A stretch of DNA of 51,624 nt, from contig NW_025215030.1 in NCBI RefSeq assembly GCF_004010195.1, positions 1-51,624 on the forward strand, read 5' to 3'. Shown piece by piece: positions 13,301 to 27,445 of this stretch (position 1 is its first letter; every line of letters begins with the position of its first letter). The notes under the pieces were generated by a model. The model saw nothing but the letters and a program-made list of their open reading frames with translations. It searched no databases and was not told the origin of the DNA. Position numbers and translations under genes: made by a program. The DNA comes from Chiloscyllium plagiosum. Taxonomy: Eukaryota.

Positions 13301-16300
13301 TCCCTGTGTGTATTATAGTGATGGTCAGTCCCTGTGTGTATTATAGTGATGGTCAGTCCCTGTGTGTATTATAGTGATGGTCAGTCCCTGTGTGTATTAT
13401 AGTGATGGTCAGTCCCTGTGTGTATTATAGTGATGGTCAGTCCCTGTGTGTATTATAGTGATGGTCAGTCCCTGTGTGTATTATAGTGATGGTCAGTCCC
13501 TGTGTGTATTATAGTGATGGTCAGTCCCTGTGTGTATTATAGTGATGGTCAGTCCCTGTGTGTATTATAGTGATGGTCAGTCCCTGTGTGTATTATAGTG
13601 ATGGTCAGTCCCTGTGTGTATTATAGTGATGGTCAGTCCCTGTGTGTATTATAGTGATGGTCAGTCCCTGTGTGTATTATAGTGATGGTCAGTCCCTGTG
13701 TGTATTATAGTGATGGTCAGTCCCTGTGTGTATTATAGTGATGGTCAGTCCCTGTGTGTATTATAGTGATGGTCAGTCCCTGTGTGTATTATAGTGATGG
13801 TCAGTCCCTGTGTGTATTATAGTGATGGTCAGTCCCTGTGTGTATTATAGTGATGGTCAGTCCCTGTGTGTATTATAGTGATGGTCAGTCCCTGTGTGTA
13901 TTATAGTGATGGTCAGTCCCTGTGTGTATTATAGTGATGGTCAGTCCCTGTGTGTATTATAGTGATGGTCAGTCCCTGTGTGTATTATAGTGATGGTCAG
14001 TCCCTGTGTGTATTATAGTGATGGTCAGTCCCTGTGTGTATTATAGTGATGGTCAGTCCCTGTGTGTATTATAGTGATGGTCAGTCCCTGTGTGTATTAT
14101 AGTGATGGTCAGTCCCTGTGTGTATTATAGTGATGGTCAGTCCCTGTGTGTATTATAGTGATGGTCAGTCCCTGTGTGTATTATAGTGATGGTCAGTCCC
14201 TGTGTGTATTATAGTGATGGTCAGTCCCTGTGTGTATTATAGTGATGGTCAGTCCCTGTGTGTATTATAGTGATGGTCAGTCCCTGTGTGTATTATAGTG
14301 ATGGTCAGTCCCTGTGTGTATTATAGTGATGGTCAGTCCCTGTGTGTATTATAGTGATGGTCAGTCCCTGTGTGTATTATAGTGATGGTCAGTCCCTGTG
14401 TGTATTATAGTGATGGTCAGTCCCTGTGTGTATTATAGTGATGGTCAGTCCCTGTGTGTATTATAGTGATGGTCAGTCCCTGTGTGTATTATAGTGATGG
14501 TCAGTCCCTGTGTGTATTATAGTGATGGTCAGTCCCTGTGTGTATTATAGTGATGGTCAGTCCCTGTGTGTATTATAGTGATGGTCAGTCCCTGTGTGTA
14601 TTATAGTGATGGTCAGTCCCTGTGTGTATTATAGTGATGGTCAGTCCCTGTGTGTATTATAGTGATGGTCAGTCCCTGTGTGTATTATAGTGATGGTCAG
14701 TCCCTGTGTGTATTATAGTGATGGTCAGTCCCTGTGTGTATTATAGTGATGGTCAGTCCCTGTGTGTATTATAGTGATGGTCAGTCCCTGTGTGTATTAT
14801 AGTGATGGTCAGTCCCTGTGTGTATTATAGTGATGGTCAGTCCCTGTGTGTATTATAGTGATGGTCAGTCCCTGTGTGTATTATAGTGATGGTCAGTCCC
14901 TGTGTGTATTATAGTGATGGTCAGTCCCTGTGTGTATTATAGTGATGGTCAGTCCCTGTGTGTATTATAGTGATGGTCAGTCCCTGTGTGTATTATAGTG
15001 ATGGTCAGTCCCTGTGTGTATTATAGTGATGGTCAGTCCCTGTGTGTATTATAGTGATGGTCAGTCCCTGTGTGTATTATAGTGATGGTCAGTCCCTGTG
15101 TGTATTATAGTGATGGTCAGTCCCTGTGTGTATTATAGTGATGGTCAGTCCCTGTGTGTATTATAGTGATGGTCAGTCCCTGTGTGTATTATAGTGATGG
15201 TCAGTCCCTGTGTGTATTATAGTGATGGTCAGTCCCTGTGTGTATTATAGTGATGGTCAGTCCCTGTGTGTATTATAGTGATGGTCAGTCCCTGTGTGTA
15301 TTATAGTGATGGTCAGTCCCTGTGTGTATTATAGTGATGGTCAGTCCCTGTGTGTATTATAGTGATGGTCAGTCCCTGTGTGTATTATAGTGATGGTCAG
15401 TCCCTGTGTGTATTATAGTGATGGTCAGTCCCTGTGTGTATTATAGTGATGGTCAGTCCCTGTGTGTATTATAGTGATGGTCAGTCCCTGTGTGTATTAT
15501 AGTGATGGTCAGTCCCTGTGTGTATTATAGTGATGGTCAGTCCCTGTGTGTATTATAGTGATGGTCAGTCCCTGTGTGTATTATAGTGATGGTCAGTCCC
15601 TGTGTGTATTATAGTGATGGTCAGTCCCTGTGTGTATTATAGTGATGGTCAGTCCCTGTGTGTATTATAGTGATGGTCAGTCCCTGTGTGTATTATAGTG
15701 ATGGTCAGTCCCTGTGTGTATTATAGTGATGGTCAGTCCCTGTGTGTATTATAGTGATGGTCAGTCCCTGTGTGTATTATAGTGATGGTCAGTCCCTGTG
15801 TGTATTATAGTGATGGTCAGTCCCTGTGTGTATTATAGTGATGGTCAGTCCCTGTGTGTATTATAGTGATGGTCAGTCCCTGTGTGTATTATAGTGATGG
15901 TCAGTCCCTGTGTGTATTATAGTGATGGTCAGTCCCTGTGTGTATTATAGTGATGGTCAGTCCCTGTGTGTATTATAGTGATGGTCAGTCCCTGTGTGTA
16001 TTATAGTGATGGTCAGTCCCTGTGTGTATTATAGTGATGGTCAGTCCCTGTGTGTATTATAGTGATGGTCAGTCCCTGTGTGTATTATAGTGATGGTCAG
16101 TCCCTGTGTGTATTATAGTGATGGTCAGTCCCTGTGTGTATTATAGTGATGGTCAGTCCCTGTGTGTATTATAGTGATGGTCAGTCCCTGTGTGTATTAT
16201 AGTGATGGTCAGTCCCTGTGTGTATTATAGTGATGGTCAGTCCCTGTGTGTATTATAGTGATGGTCAGTCCCTGTGTGTATTATAGTGATGGTCAGTCCC

Positions 16301-19300
16301 TGTGTGTATTATAGTGATGGTCAGTCCCTGTGTGTATTATAGTGATGGTCAGTCCCTGTGTGTATTATAGTGATGGTCAGTCCCTGTGTGTATTATAGTG
16401 ATGGTCAGTCCCTGTGTGTATTATAGTGATGGTCAGTCCCTGTGTGTATTATAGTGATGGTCAGTCCCTGTGTGTATTATAGTGATGGTCAGTCCCTGTG
16501 TGTATTATAGTGATGGTCAGTCCCTGTGTGTATTATAGTGATGGTCAGTCCCTGTGTGTATTATAGTGATGGTCAGTCCCTGTGTGTATTATAGTGATGG
16601 TCAGTCCCTGTGTGTATTATAGTGATGGTCAGTCCCTGTGTGTATTATAGTGATGGTCAGTCCCTGTGTGTATTATAGTGATGGTCAGTCCCTGTGTGTA
16701 TTATAGTGATGGTCAGTCCCTGTGTGTATTATAGTGATGGTCAGTCCCTGTGTGTATTATAGTGATGGTCAGTCCCTGTGTGTATTATAGTGATGGTCAG
16801 TCCCTGTGTGTATTATAGTGATGGTCAGTCCCTGTGTGTATTATAGTGATGGTCAGTCCCTGTGTGTATTATAGTGATGGTCAGTCCCTGTGTGTATTAT
16901 AGTGATGGTCAGTCCCTGTGTGTATTATAGTGATGGTCAGTCCCTGTGTGTATTATAGTGATGGTCAGTCCCTGTGTGTATTATAGTGATGGTCAGTCCC
17001 TGTGTGTATTATAGTGATGGTCAGTCCCTGTGTGTATTATAGTGATGGTCAGTCCCTGTGTGTATTATAGTGATGGTCAGTCCCTGTGTGTATTATAGTG
17101 ATGGTCAGTCCCTGTGTGTATTATAGTGATGGTCAGTCCCTGTGTGTATTATAGTGATGGTCAGTCCCTGTGTGTATTATAGTGATGGTCAGTCCCTGTG
17201 TGTATTATAGTGATGGTCAGTCCCTGTGTGTATTATAGTGATGGTCAGTCCCTGTGTGTATTATAGTGATGGTCAGTCCCTGTGTGTATTATAGTGATGG
17301 TCAGTCCCTGTGTGTATTATAGTGATGGTCAGTCCCTGTGTGTATTATAGTGATGGTCAGTCCCTGTGTGTATTATAGTGATGGTCAGTCCCTGTGTGTA
17401 TTATAGTGATGGTCAGTCCCTGTGTGTATTATAGTGATGGTCAGTCCCTGTGTGTATTATAGTGATGGTCAGTCCCTGTGTGTATTATAGTGATGGTCAG
17501 TCCCTGTGTGTATTATAGTGATGGTCAGTCCCTGTGTGTATTATAGTGATGGTCAGTCCCTGTGTGTATTATAGTGATGGTCAGTCCCTGTGTGTATTAT
17601 AGTGATGGTCAGTCCCTGTGTGTATTATAGTGATGGTCAGTCCCTGTGTGTATTATAGTGATGGTCAGTCCCTGTGTGTATTATAGTGATGGTCAGTCCC
17701 TGTGTGTATTATAGTGATGGTCAGTCCCTGTGTGTATTATAGTGATGGTCAGTCCCTGTGTGTATTATAGTGATGGTCAGTCCCTGTGTGTATTATAGTG
17801 ATGGTCAGTCCCTGTGTGTATTATAGTGATGGTCAGTCCCTGTGTGTATTATAGTGATGGTCAGTCCCTGTGTGTATTATAGTGATGGTCAGTCCCTGTG
17901 TGTATTATAGTGATGGTCAGTCCCTGTGTGTATTATAGTGATGGTCAGTCCCTGTGTGTATTATAGTGATGGTCAGTCCCTGTGTGTATTATAGTGATGG
18001 TCAGTCCCTGTGTGTATTATAGTGATGGTCAGTCCCTGTGTGTATTATAGTGATGGTCAGTCCCTGTGTGTATTATAGTGATGGTCAGTCCCTGTGTGTA
18101 TTATAGTGATGGTCAGTCCCTGTGTGTATTATAGTGATGGTCAGTCCCTGTGTGTATTATAGTGATGGTCAGTCCCTGTGTGTATTATAGTGATGGTCAG
18201 TCCCTGTGTGTATTATAGTGATGGTCAGTCCCTGTGTGTATTATAGTGATGGTCAGTCCCTGTGTGTATTATAGTGATGGTCAGTCCCTGTGTGTATTAT
18301 AGTGATGGTCAGTCCCTGTGTGTATTATAGTGATGGTCAGTCCCTGTGTGTATTATAGTGATGGTCAGTCCCTGTGTGTATTATAGTGATGGTCAGTCCC
18401 TGTGTGTATTATAGTGATGGTCAGTCCCTGTGTGTATTATAGTGATGGTCAGTCCCTGTGTGTATTATAGTGATGGTCAGTCCCTGTGTGTATTATAGTG
18501 ATGGTCAGTCCCTGTGTGTATTATAGTGATGGTCAGTCCCTGTGTGTATTATAGTGATGGTCAGTCCCTGTGTGTATTATAGTGATGGTCAGTCCCTGTG
18601 TGTATTATAGTGATGGTCAGTCCCTGTGTGTATTATAGTGATGGTCAGTCCCTGTGTGTATTATAGTGATGGTCAGTCCCTGTGTGTATTATAGTGATGG
18701 TCAGTCCCTGTGTGTATTATAGTGATGGTCAGTCCCTGTGTGTATTATAGTGATGGTCAGTCCCTGTGTGTATTATAGTGATGGTCAGTCCCTGTGTGTA
18801 TTATAGTGATGGTCAGTCCCTGTGTGTATTATAGTGATGGTCAGTCCCTGTGTGTATTATAGTGATGGTCAGTCCCTGTGTGTATTATAGTGATGGTCAG
18901 TCCCTGTGTGTATTATAGTGATGGTCAGTCCCTGTGTGTATTATAGTGATGGTCAGTCCCTGTGTGTATTATAGTGATGGTCAGTCCCTGTGTGTATTAT
19001 AGTGATGGTCAGTCCCTGTGTGTATTATAGTGATGGTCAGTCCCTGTGTGTATTATAGTGATGGTCAGTCCCTGTGTGTATTATAGTGATGGTCAGTCCC
19101 TGTGTGTATTATAGTGATGGTCAGTCCCTGTGTGTATTATAGTGATGGTCAGTCCCTGTGTGTATTATAGTGATGGTCAGTCCCTGTGTGTATTATAGTG
19201 ATGGTCAGTCCCTGTGTGTATTATAGTGATGGTCAGTCCCTGTGTGTATTATAGTGATGGTCAGTCCCTGTGTGTATTATAGTGATGGTCAGTCCCTGTG

Positions 19301-22300
19301 TGTATTATAGTGATGGTCAGTCCCTGTGTGTATTATAGTGATGGTCAGTCCCTGTGTGTATTATAGTGATGGTCAGTCCCTGTGTGTATTATAGTGATGG
19401 TCAGTCCCTGTGTGTATTATAGTGATGGTCAGTCCCTGTGTGTATTATAGTGATGGTCAGTCCCTGTGTGTATTATAGTGATGGTCAGTCCCTGTGTGTA
19501 TTATAGTGATGGTCAGTCCCTGTGTGTATTATAGTGATGGTCAGTCCCTGTGTGTATTATAGTGATGGTCAGTCCCTGTGTGTATTATAGTGATGGTCAG
19601 TCCCTGTGTGTATTATAGTGATGGTCAGTCCCTGTGTGTATTATAGTGATGGTCAGTCCCTGTGTGTATTATAGTGATGGTCAGTCCCTGTGTGTATTAT
19701 AGTGATGGTCAGTCCCTGTGTGTATTATAGTGATGGTCAGTCCCTGTGTGTATTATAGTGATGGTCAGTCCCTGTGTGTATTATAGTGATGGTCAGTCCC
19801 TGTGTGTATTATAGTGATGGTCAGTCCCTGTGTGTATTATAGTGATGGTCAGTCCCTGTGTGTATTATAGTGATGGTCAGTCCCTGTGTGTATTATAGTG
19901 ATGGTCAGTCCCTGTGTGTATTATAGTGATGGTCAGTCCCTGTGTGTATTATAGTGATGGTCAGTCCCTGTGTGTATTATAGTGATGGTCAGTCCCTGTG
20001 TGTATTATAGTGATGGTCAGTCCCTGTGTGTATTATAGTGATGGTCAGTCCCTGTGTGTATTATAGTGATGGTCAGTCCCTGTGTGTATTATAGTGATGG
20101 TCAGTCCCTGTGTGTATTATAGTGATGGTCAGTCCCTGTGTGTATTATAGTGATGGTCAGTCCCTGTGTGTATTATAGTGATGGTCAGTCCCTGTGTGTA
20201 TTATAGTGATGGTCAGTCCCTGTGTGTATTATAGTGATGGTCAGTCCCTGTGTGTATTATAGTGATGGTCAGTCCCTGTGTGTATTATAGTGATGGTCAG
20301 TCCCTGTGTGTATTATAGTGATGGTCAGTCCCTGTGTGTATTATAGTGATGGTCAGTCCCTGTGTGTATTATAGTGATGGTCAGTCCCTGTGTGTATTAT
20401 AGTGATGGTCAGTCCCTGTGTGTATTATAGTGATGGTCAGTCCCTGTGTGTATTATAGTGATGGTCAGTCCCTGTGTGTATTATAGTGATGGTCAGTCCC
20501 TGTGTGTATTATAGTGATGGTCAGTCCCTGTGTGTATTATAGTGATGGTCAGTCCCTGTGTGTATTATAGTGATGGTCAGTCCCTGTGTGTATTATAGTG
20601 ATGGTCAGTCCCTGTGTGTATTATAGTGATGGTCAGTCCCTGTGTGTATTATAGTGATGGTCAGTCCCTGTGTGTATTATAGTGATGGTCAGTCCCTGTG
20701 TGTATTATAGTGATGGTCAGTCCCTGTGTGTATTATAGTGATGGTCAGTCCCTGTGTGTATTATAGTGATGGTCAGTCCCTGTGTGTATTATAGTGATGG
20801 TCAGTCCCTGTGTGTATTATAGTGATGGTCAGTCCCTGTGTGTATTATAGTGATGGTCAGTCCCTGTGTGTATTATAGTGATGGTCAGTCCCTGTGTGTA
20901 TTATAGTGATGGTCAGTCCCTGTGTGTATTATAGTGATGGTCAGTCCCTGTGTGTATTATAGTGATGGTCAGTCCCTGTGTGTATTATAGTGATGGTCAG
21001 TCCCTGTGTGTATTATAGTGATGGTCAGTCCCTGTGTGTATTATAGTGATGGTCAGTCCCTGTGTGTATTATAGTGATGGTCAGTCCCTGTGTGTATTAT
21101 AGTGATGGTCAGTCCCTGTGTGTATTATAGTGATGGTCAGTCCCTGTGTGTATTATAGTGATGGTCAGTCCCTGTGTGTATTATAGTGATGGTCAGTCCC
21201 TGTGTGTATTATAGTGATGGTCAGTCCCTGTGTGTATTATAGTGATGGTCAGTCCCTGTGTGTATTATAGTGATGGTCAGTCCCTGTGTGTATTATAGTG
21301 ATGGTCAGTCCCTGTGTGTATTATAGTGATGGTCAGTCCCTGTGTGTATTATAGTGATGGTCAGTCCCTGTGTGTATTATAGTGATGGTCAGTCCCTGTG
21401 TGTATTATAGTGATGGTCAGTCCCTGTGTGTATTATAGTGATGGTCAGTCCCTGTGTGTATTATAGTGATGGTCAGTCCCTGTGTGTATTATAGTGATGG
21501 TCAGTCCCTGTGTGTATTATAGTGATGGTCAGTCCCTGTGTGTATTATAGTGATGGTCAGTCCCTGTGTGTATTATAGTGATGGTCAGTCCCTGTGTGTA
21601 TTATAGTGATGGTCAGTCCCTGTGTGTATTATAGTGATGGTCAGTCCCTGTGTGTATTATAGTGATGGTCAGTCCCTGTGTGTATTATAGTGATGGTCAG
21701 TCCCTGTGTGTATTATAGTGATGGTCAGTCCCTGTGTGTATTATAGTGATGGTCAGTCCCTGTGTGTATTATAGTGATGGTCAGTCCCTGTGTGTATTAT
21801 AGTGATGGTCAGTCCCTGTGTGTATTATAGTGATGGTCAGTCCCTGTGTGTATTATAGTGATGGTCAGTCCCTGTGTGTATTATAGTGATGGTCAGTCCC
21901 TGTGTGTATTATAGTGATGGTCAGTCCCTGTGTGTATTATAGTGATGGTCAGTCCCTGTGTGTATTATAGTGATGGTCAGTCCCTGTGTGTATTATAGTG
22001 ATGGTCAGTCCCTGTGTGTATTATAGTGATGGTCAGTCCCTGTGTGTATTATAGTGATGGTCAGTCCCTGTGTGTATTATAGTGATGGTCAGTCCCTGTG
22101 TGTATTATAGTGATGGTCAGTCCCTGTGTGTATTATAGTGATGGTCAGTCCCTGTGTGTATTATAGTGATGGTCAGTCCCTGTGTGTATTATAGTGATGG
22201 TCAGTCCCTGTGTGTATTATAGTGATGGTCAGTCCCTGTGTGTATTATAGTGATGGTCAGTCCCTGTGTGTATTATAGTGATGGTCAGTCCCTGTGTGTA

Positions 22301-25178
22301 TTATAGTGATGGTCAGTCCCTGTGTGTATTATAGTGATGGTCAGTCCCTGTGTGTATTATAGTGATGGTCAGTCCCTGTGTGTATTATAGTGATGGTCAG
22401 TCCCTGTGTGTATTATAGTGATGGTCAGTCCCTGTGTGTATTATAGTGATGGTCAGTCCCTGTGTGTATTATAGTGATGGTCAGTCCCTGTGTGTATTAT
22501 AGTGATGGTCAGTCCCTGTGTGTATTATAGTGATGGTCAGTCCCTGTGTGTATTATAGTGATGGTCAGTCCCTGTGTGTATTATAGTGATGGTCAGTCCC
22601 TGTGTGTATTATAGTGATGGTCAGTCCCTGTGTGTATTATAGTGATGGTCAGTCCCTGTGTGTATTATAGTGATGGTCAGTCCCTGTGTGTATTATAGTG
22701 ATGGTCAGTCCCTGTGTGTATTATAGTGATGGTCAGTCCCTGTGTGTATTATAGTGATGGTCAGTCCCTGTGTGTATTATAGTGATGGTCAGTCCCTGTG
22801 TGTATTATAGTGATGGTCAGTCCCTGTGTGTATTATAGTGATGGTCAGTCCCTGTGTGTATTATAGTGATGGTCAGTCCCTGTGTGTATTATAGTGATGG
22901 TCAGTCCCTGTGTGTATTATAGTGATGGTCAGTCCCTGTGTGTATTATAGTGATGGTCAGTCCCTGTGTGTATTATAGTGATGGTCAGTCCCTGTGTGTA
23001 TTATAGTGATGGTCAGTCCCTGTGTGTATTATAGTGATGGTCAGTCCCTGTGTGTATTATAGTGATGGTCAGTCCCTGTGTGTATTATAGTGATGGTCAG
23101 TCCCTGTGTGTATTATAGTGATGGTCAGTCCCTGTGTGTATTATAGTGATGGTCAGTCCCTGTGTGTATTATAGTGATGGTCAGTCCCTGTGTGTATTAT
23201 AGTGATGGTCAGTCCCTGTGTGTATTATAGTGATGGTCAGTCCCTGTGTGTATTATAGTGATGGTCAGTCCCTGTGTGTATTATAGTGATGGTCAGTCCC
23301 TGTGTGTATTATAGTGATGGTCAGTCCCTGTGTGTATTATAGTGATGGTCAGTCCCTGTGTGTATTATAGTGATGGTCAGTCCCTGTGTGTATTATAGTG
23401 ATGGTCAGTCCCTGTGTGTATTATAGTGATGGTCAGTCCCTGTGTGTATTATAGTGATGGTCAGTCCCTGTGTGTATTATAGTGATGGTCAGTCCCTGTG
23501 TGTATTATAGTGATGGTCAGTCCCTGTGTGTATTATAGTGATGGTCAGTCCCTGTGTGTATTATAGTGATGGTCAGTCCCTGTGTGTATTATAGTGATGG
23601 TCAGTCCCTGTGTGTATTATAGTGATGGTCAGTCCCTGTGTGTATTATAGTGATGGTCAGTCCCTGTGTGTATTATAGTGATGGTCAGTCCCTGTGTGTA
23701 TTATAGTGATGGTCAGTCCCTGTGTGTATTATAGTGATGGTCAGTCCCTGTGTGTATTATAGTGATGGTCAGTCCCTGTGTGTATTATAGTGATGGTCAG
23801 TCCCTGTGTGTATTATAGTGATGGTCAGTCCCTGTGTGTATTATAGTGATGGTCAGTCCCTGTGTGTATTATAGTGATGGTCAGTCCCTGTGTGTATTAT
23901 AGTGATGGTCAGTCCCTGTGTGTATTATAGTGATGGTCAGTCCCTGTGTGTATTATAGTGATGGTCAGTCCCTGTGTGTATTATAGTGATGGTCAGTCCC
24001 TGTGTGTATTATAGTGATGGTCAGTCCCTGTGTGTATTATAGTGATGGTCAGTCCCTGTGTGTATTATAGTGATGGTCAGTCCCTGTGTGTATTATAGTG
24101 ATGGTCAGTCCCTGTGTGTATTATAGTGATGGTCAGTCCCTGTGTGTATTATAGTGATGGTCAGTCCCTGTGTGTATTATAGTGATGGTCAGTCCCTGTG
24201 TGTATTATAGTGATGGTCAGTCCCTGTGTGTATTATAGTGATGGTCAGTCCCTGTGTGTATTATAGTGATGGTCAGTCCCTGTGTGTATTATAGTGATGG
24301 TCAGTCCCTGTGTGTATTATAGTGATGGTCAGTCCCTGTGTGTATTATAGTGATGGTCAGTCCCTGTGTGTATTATAGTGATGGTCAGTCCCTGTGTGTA
24401 TTATAGTGATGGTCAGTCCCTGTGTGTATTATAGTGATGGTCAGTCCCTGTGTGTATTATAGTGATGGTCAGTCCCTGTGTGTATTATAGTGATGGTCAG
24501 TCCCTGTGTGTATTATAGTGATGGTCAGTCCCTGTGTGTATTATAGTGATGGTCAGTCCCTGTGTGTATTATAGTGATGGTCAGTCCCTGTGTGTATTAT
24601 AGTGATGGTCAGTCCCTGTGTGTATTATAGTGATGGTCAGTCCCTGTGTGTATTATAGTGATGGTCAGTCCCTGTGTGTATTATAGTGATGGTCAGTCCC
24701 TGTGTGTATTATAGTGATGGTCAGTCCCTGTGTGTATTATAGTGATGGTCAGTCCCTGTGTGTATTATAGTGATGGTCAGTCCCTGTGTGTATTATAGTG
24801 ATGGTCAGTCCCTGTGTGTATTATAGTGATGGTCAGTCCCTGTGTGTATTATAGTGATGGTCAGTCCCTGTGTGTATTATAGTGATGGTCAGTCCCTGTG
24901 TGTATTATAGTGATGGTCAGTCCCTGTGTGTATTATAGTGATGGTCAGTCCCTGTGTGTATTATAGTGATGGTCAGTCCCTGTGTGTATTATAGTGATGG
25001 TCAGTCCCTGTGTGTATTATAGTGATGGTCAGTCCCTGTGTGTATTATAGTGATGGTCAGTCTCTGTGTGTATTATAGTGATGATCAGTCCATGTGTGTA
25101 TTATAGTGATGATCAGTCCCTGTGTGTATTATAGTGATGGTCAGTCCATGTGTGTATTATAGTGATTATCTGTCTCTG
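1339..25178. repeat. 28-bp tandem satellite, unit GGTCAGTCCCTGTGTGTATTATAGTGAT, ~850 copies
   Basis: Read directly. The line pattern recurs every 420 bp (15 units), and I saw no variant until 25063. The last ~4 units carry variants (TCTCTG, TGATGATC, TCCATG). Confidence 0.97.
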
Positions 25179-25369
25179 ACACGGAAACTGCAGACACCAC
25201 TGTTGTGGTCTCTTTCATCATTTTATTGCAAAGCACGTTCTTTAAATACACATTTCAGTAATTCATTCGCAATGTACTTGGTCGGAATCAAAATTTCGCA
25301 CTCTTTAAATAGATTTTTACAACAGCGATGATTTGACCTTTACAGTTACTGTTCATTTTATGGAGAACA
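25179..25369. repeat. ~190-bp non-satellite spacer, copy 1
   Basis: Colinear diverged paralogue of 27255-27445 at offset 2076 bp. Shared blocks include CTGCAGA, TTGTGGTCTCTTTCAT, CAGTAATTCATTCGCAAT, CAGTTACTG and TTATGGAGAACA. Confidence 0.9.
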
Positions 25370-25404
25370 TCAGCGCCTGGGTATGTTTTGGTGAATTGCG
25401 AAGA

Positions 25405-26430
25405 CTGTGTGTATTATAGAGAACAGCAGTCCCTGTGTGTATTATAGAGAACAGCAGTCGCTTTCTTTATATTATAGAGAGCAACAGTCCCTGTGTATAT
25501 TATAGAGAGCAGCAGTCCCTGTGTGTATTATAGAGAATAGCAGTCCCTGTGTGTATATTATAGTGAACAGCAGTCCCTGTGTATATTATAGAGAATAGCA
25601 GTCCCTGTGTGTATTATAGAGAATAGCAGTCCCTGTGTGTATTATAGAGAATAGCAGTCCCTGTGTATATTATAGAGAATAGCAGACCCTGTGTATATTA
25701 TAGAGAGCAGCAGTCCCTGTGTGTATTATAGAGAACAGCAGTCCCTGTGTGTATTATAGAGAATAGCATTCCTGTGTATATTATAGAGAGCAGCAGTCCC
25801 TGTGTGTATTATAGAGAACAGCAGTCCCTGTGTATATTATAGAGAACAGCAGTCCCTGTGTGTATGACAGAGAACAGCAGTCCCTGTGTATATTATAGAG
25901 AACAGCAGTCCCTGTGTATATTATAGAGAATAGCAGTCCCCGTGTATATTATAAAGAGCAGCAGTCCCTGTGTGTAATATGGAGAATAGCAGTCCCTGTG
26001 TATATTATAGAGAATAGTCGTCCGTGTGTATATTACAGACAATAGTAGTCCCTGTGTGATTTGTAGAGAATAGCAGTCCCTGTGGGTATTACAGTGAGCA
26101 GCAGTCCCTGTGTATATTATAGTGAACAGCAGTCCCTGTGTGTATTACAGTGAACAGCAGTCCCTGTGTGTGTTACAGTGAACAGCAGTCCCTGTGTGTA
26201 TTATAGTGAACAGCAGTCCCTGTGTATATTATAGAGAACAGCAGTCCCTGTGTGTATTGCAGTGAACAGCAGTCCCTGTGTGTATTATAGAGAGCAGCAG
26301 TCCCTGTGTATATTATAGTGAACACAGTCCCTGTATGTATTATAGAGAACAGCGGTCCCTGTGTATATTATAGGGAATAGCAGTCCCCTGTGTGTATTAC
26401 AGAGAACAGCAGTCCCTGTGAGTATTATAG
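25405..26430. repeat. Diverged 28-bp satellite, type B (CAGTCCCTGTGTRTATTATAG + AGAACAG/TGAACAG/AGAATAG)
   Basis: Same 21-bp core as the large array with a different 7-bp segment, and many point variants. Confidence 0.95.
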
Positions 26431-27254
26431 TGATGGTCAGTCTCTGTGTATATTATAGTGATGATCAGTCCCTGTGTGTATTCTAGTGATGATGAGTCCC
26501 TGTGTGTATTATAGTGATGATCAGTCCCCGTGTGTATTATAGTGATTATCAGTCTCGGTGTGTATTATAGTGATGATCAGTCCCTGTGTATTATAGTGAT
26601 GATTAGTCCCGTGTGTATTCTAGTGATGATGAGTCCCTGTGTGTATTATAGCGATGATCAGTCTCTGTGTGTATTATAGTGATTATCAGTCCCCGTGTCT
26701 ATTACAGTGATGATCAGTCCCTCTATGTATTATAGTGATGATCAGTCCCTGTGTGTATTATAGTGATGGTCAGTCCCCGTGTGTATTGTAGTGATGATGA
26801 GTCCCTGTGAGTATTATAGTGATGATCAGTCTCTGTGAGTATTATAGTGATGATCAGTCCCTGTGTGTATTATAGTGATGATCAGTCCCGTGTGTATTAT
26901 AGTGATTATCAGTCCCTGTGTGTATTATAGTGATGATCAGCCCCTGTATGTATTATAGTGATGATCAGTCCCTGTGTGTATTATAGTGATGGTCAGTCTC
27001 TGTGTGTATTATAGTGATTATCAGTCCCTGTGTGTATTATAGTGATGATCAGTCCCTGTATGTATTATAGTGATGATCAGTCCCTGTGTGTATTATAGTG
27101 ATGGTCAGTCTCTGTGTGTATTATAGTGATGATCAGTCCCTGTGTGTATTATAGTGATGATCGGTCCCTGTGTGTATTATAGTGATGATCAGTCCCTGTG
27201 TGTATTATAGTGATGATCAGTCCCTGTGTGTACTATAGTGATTATCTGTCTCTG
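26431..27254. repeat. Diverged 28-bp satellite, type A' (core + TGATGAT/TGATGGT/TGATTAT)
   Basis: Abrupt switch of the 7-bp segment at ~26431. The block ends in GATTATCTGTCTCTGA, as the large array does at 25164-25179. Confidence 0.95.
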
Positions 27255-27445
27255 ATACGGAACTGCAGAAACCACACTTGTGGTCTCTTTCATAGTTTAT
27301 TGCAAAACATGTTCATCAAATACACACATTCCAGTAATTCATTCGCAATATACTTGGTATGAATCAAAACTCTGCACTCTTGAAATAGCTTCATAAAACA
27401 GTGATGATTTCACAAAAACAGTTACTGAATATCTTATGGAGAACA
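27255..27445. repeat. ~190-bp non-satellite spacer, copy 2
   Basis: Paralogue of 25179-25369 in the same flanking context (type A array upstream, mainly type B downstream). Confidence 0.9.
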
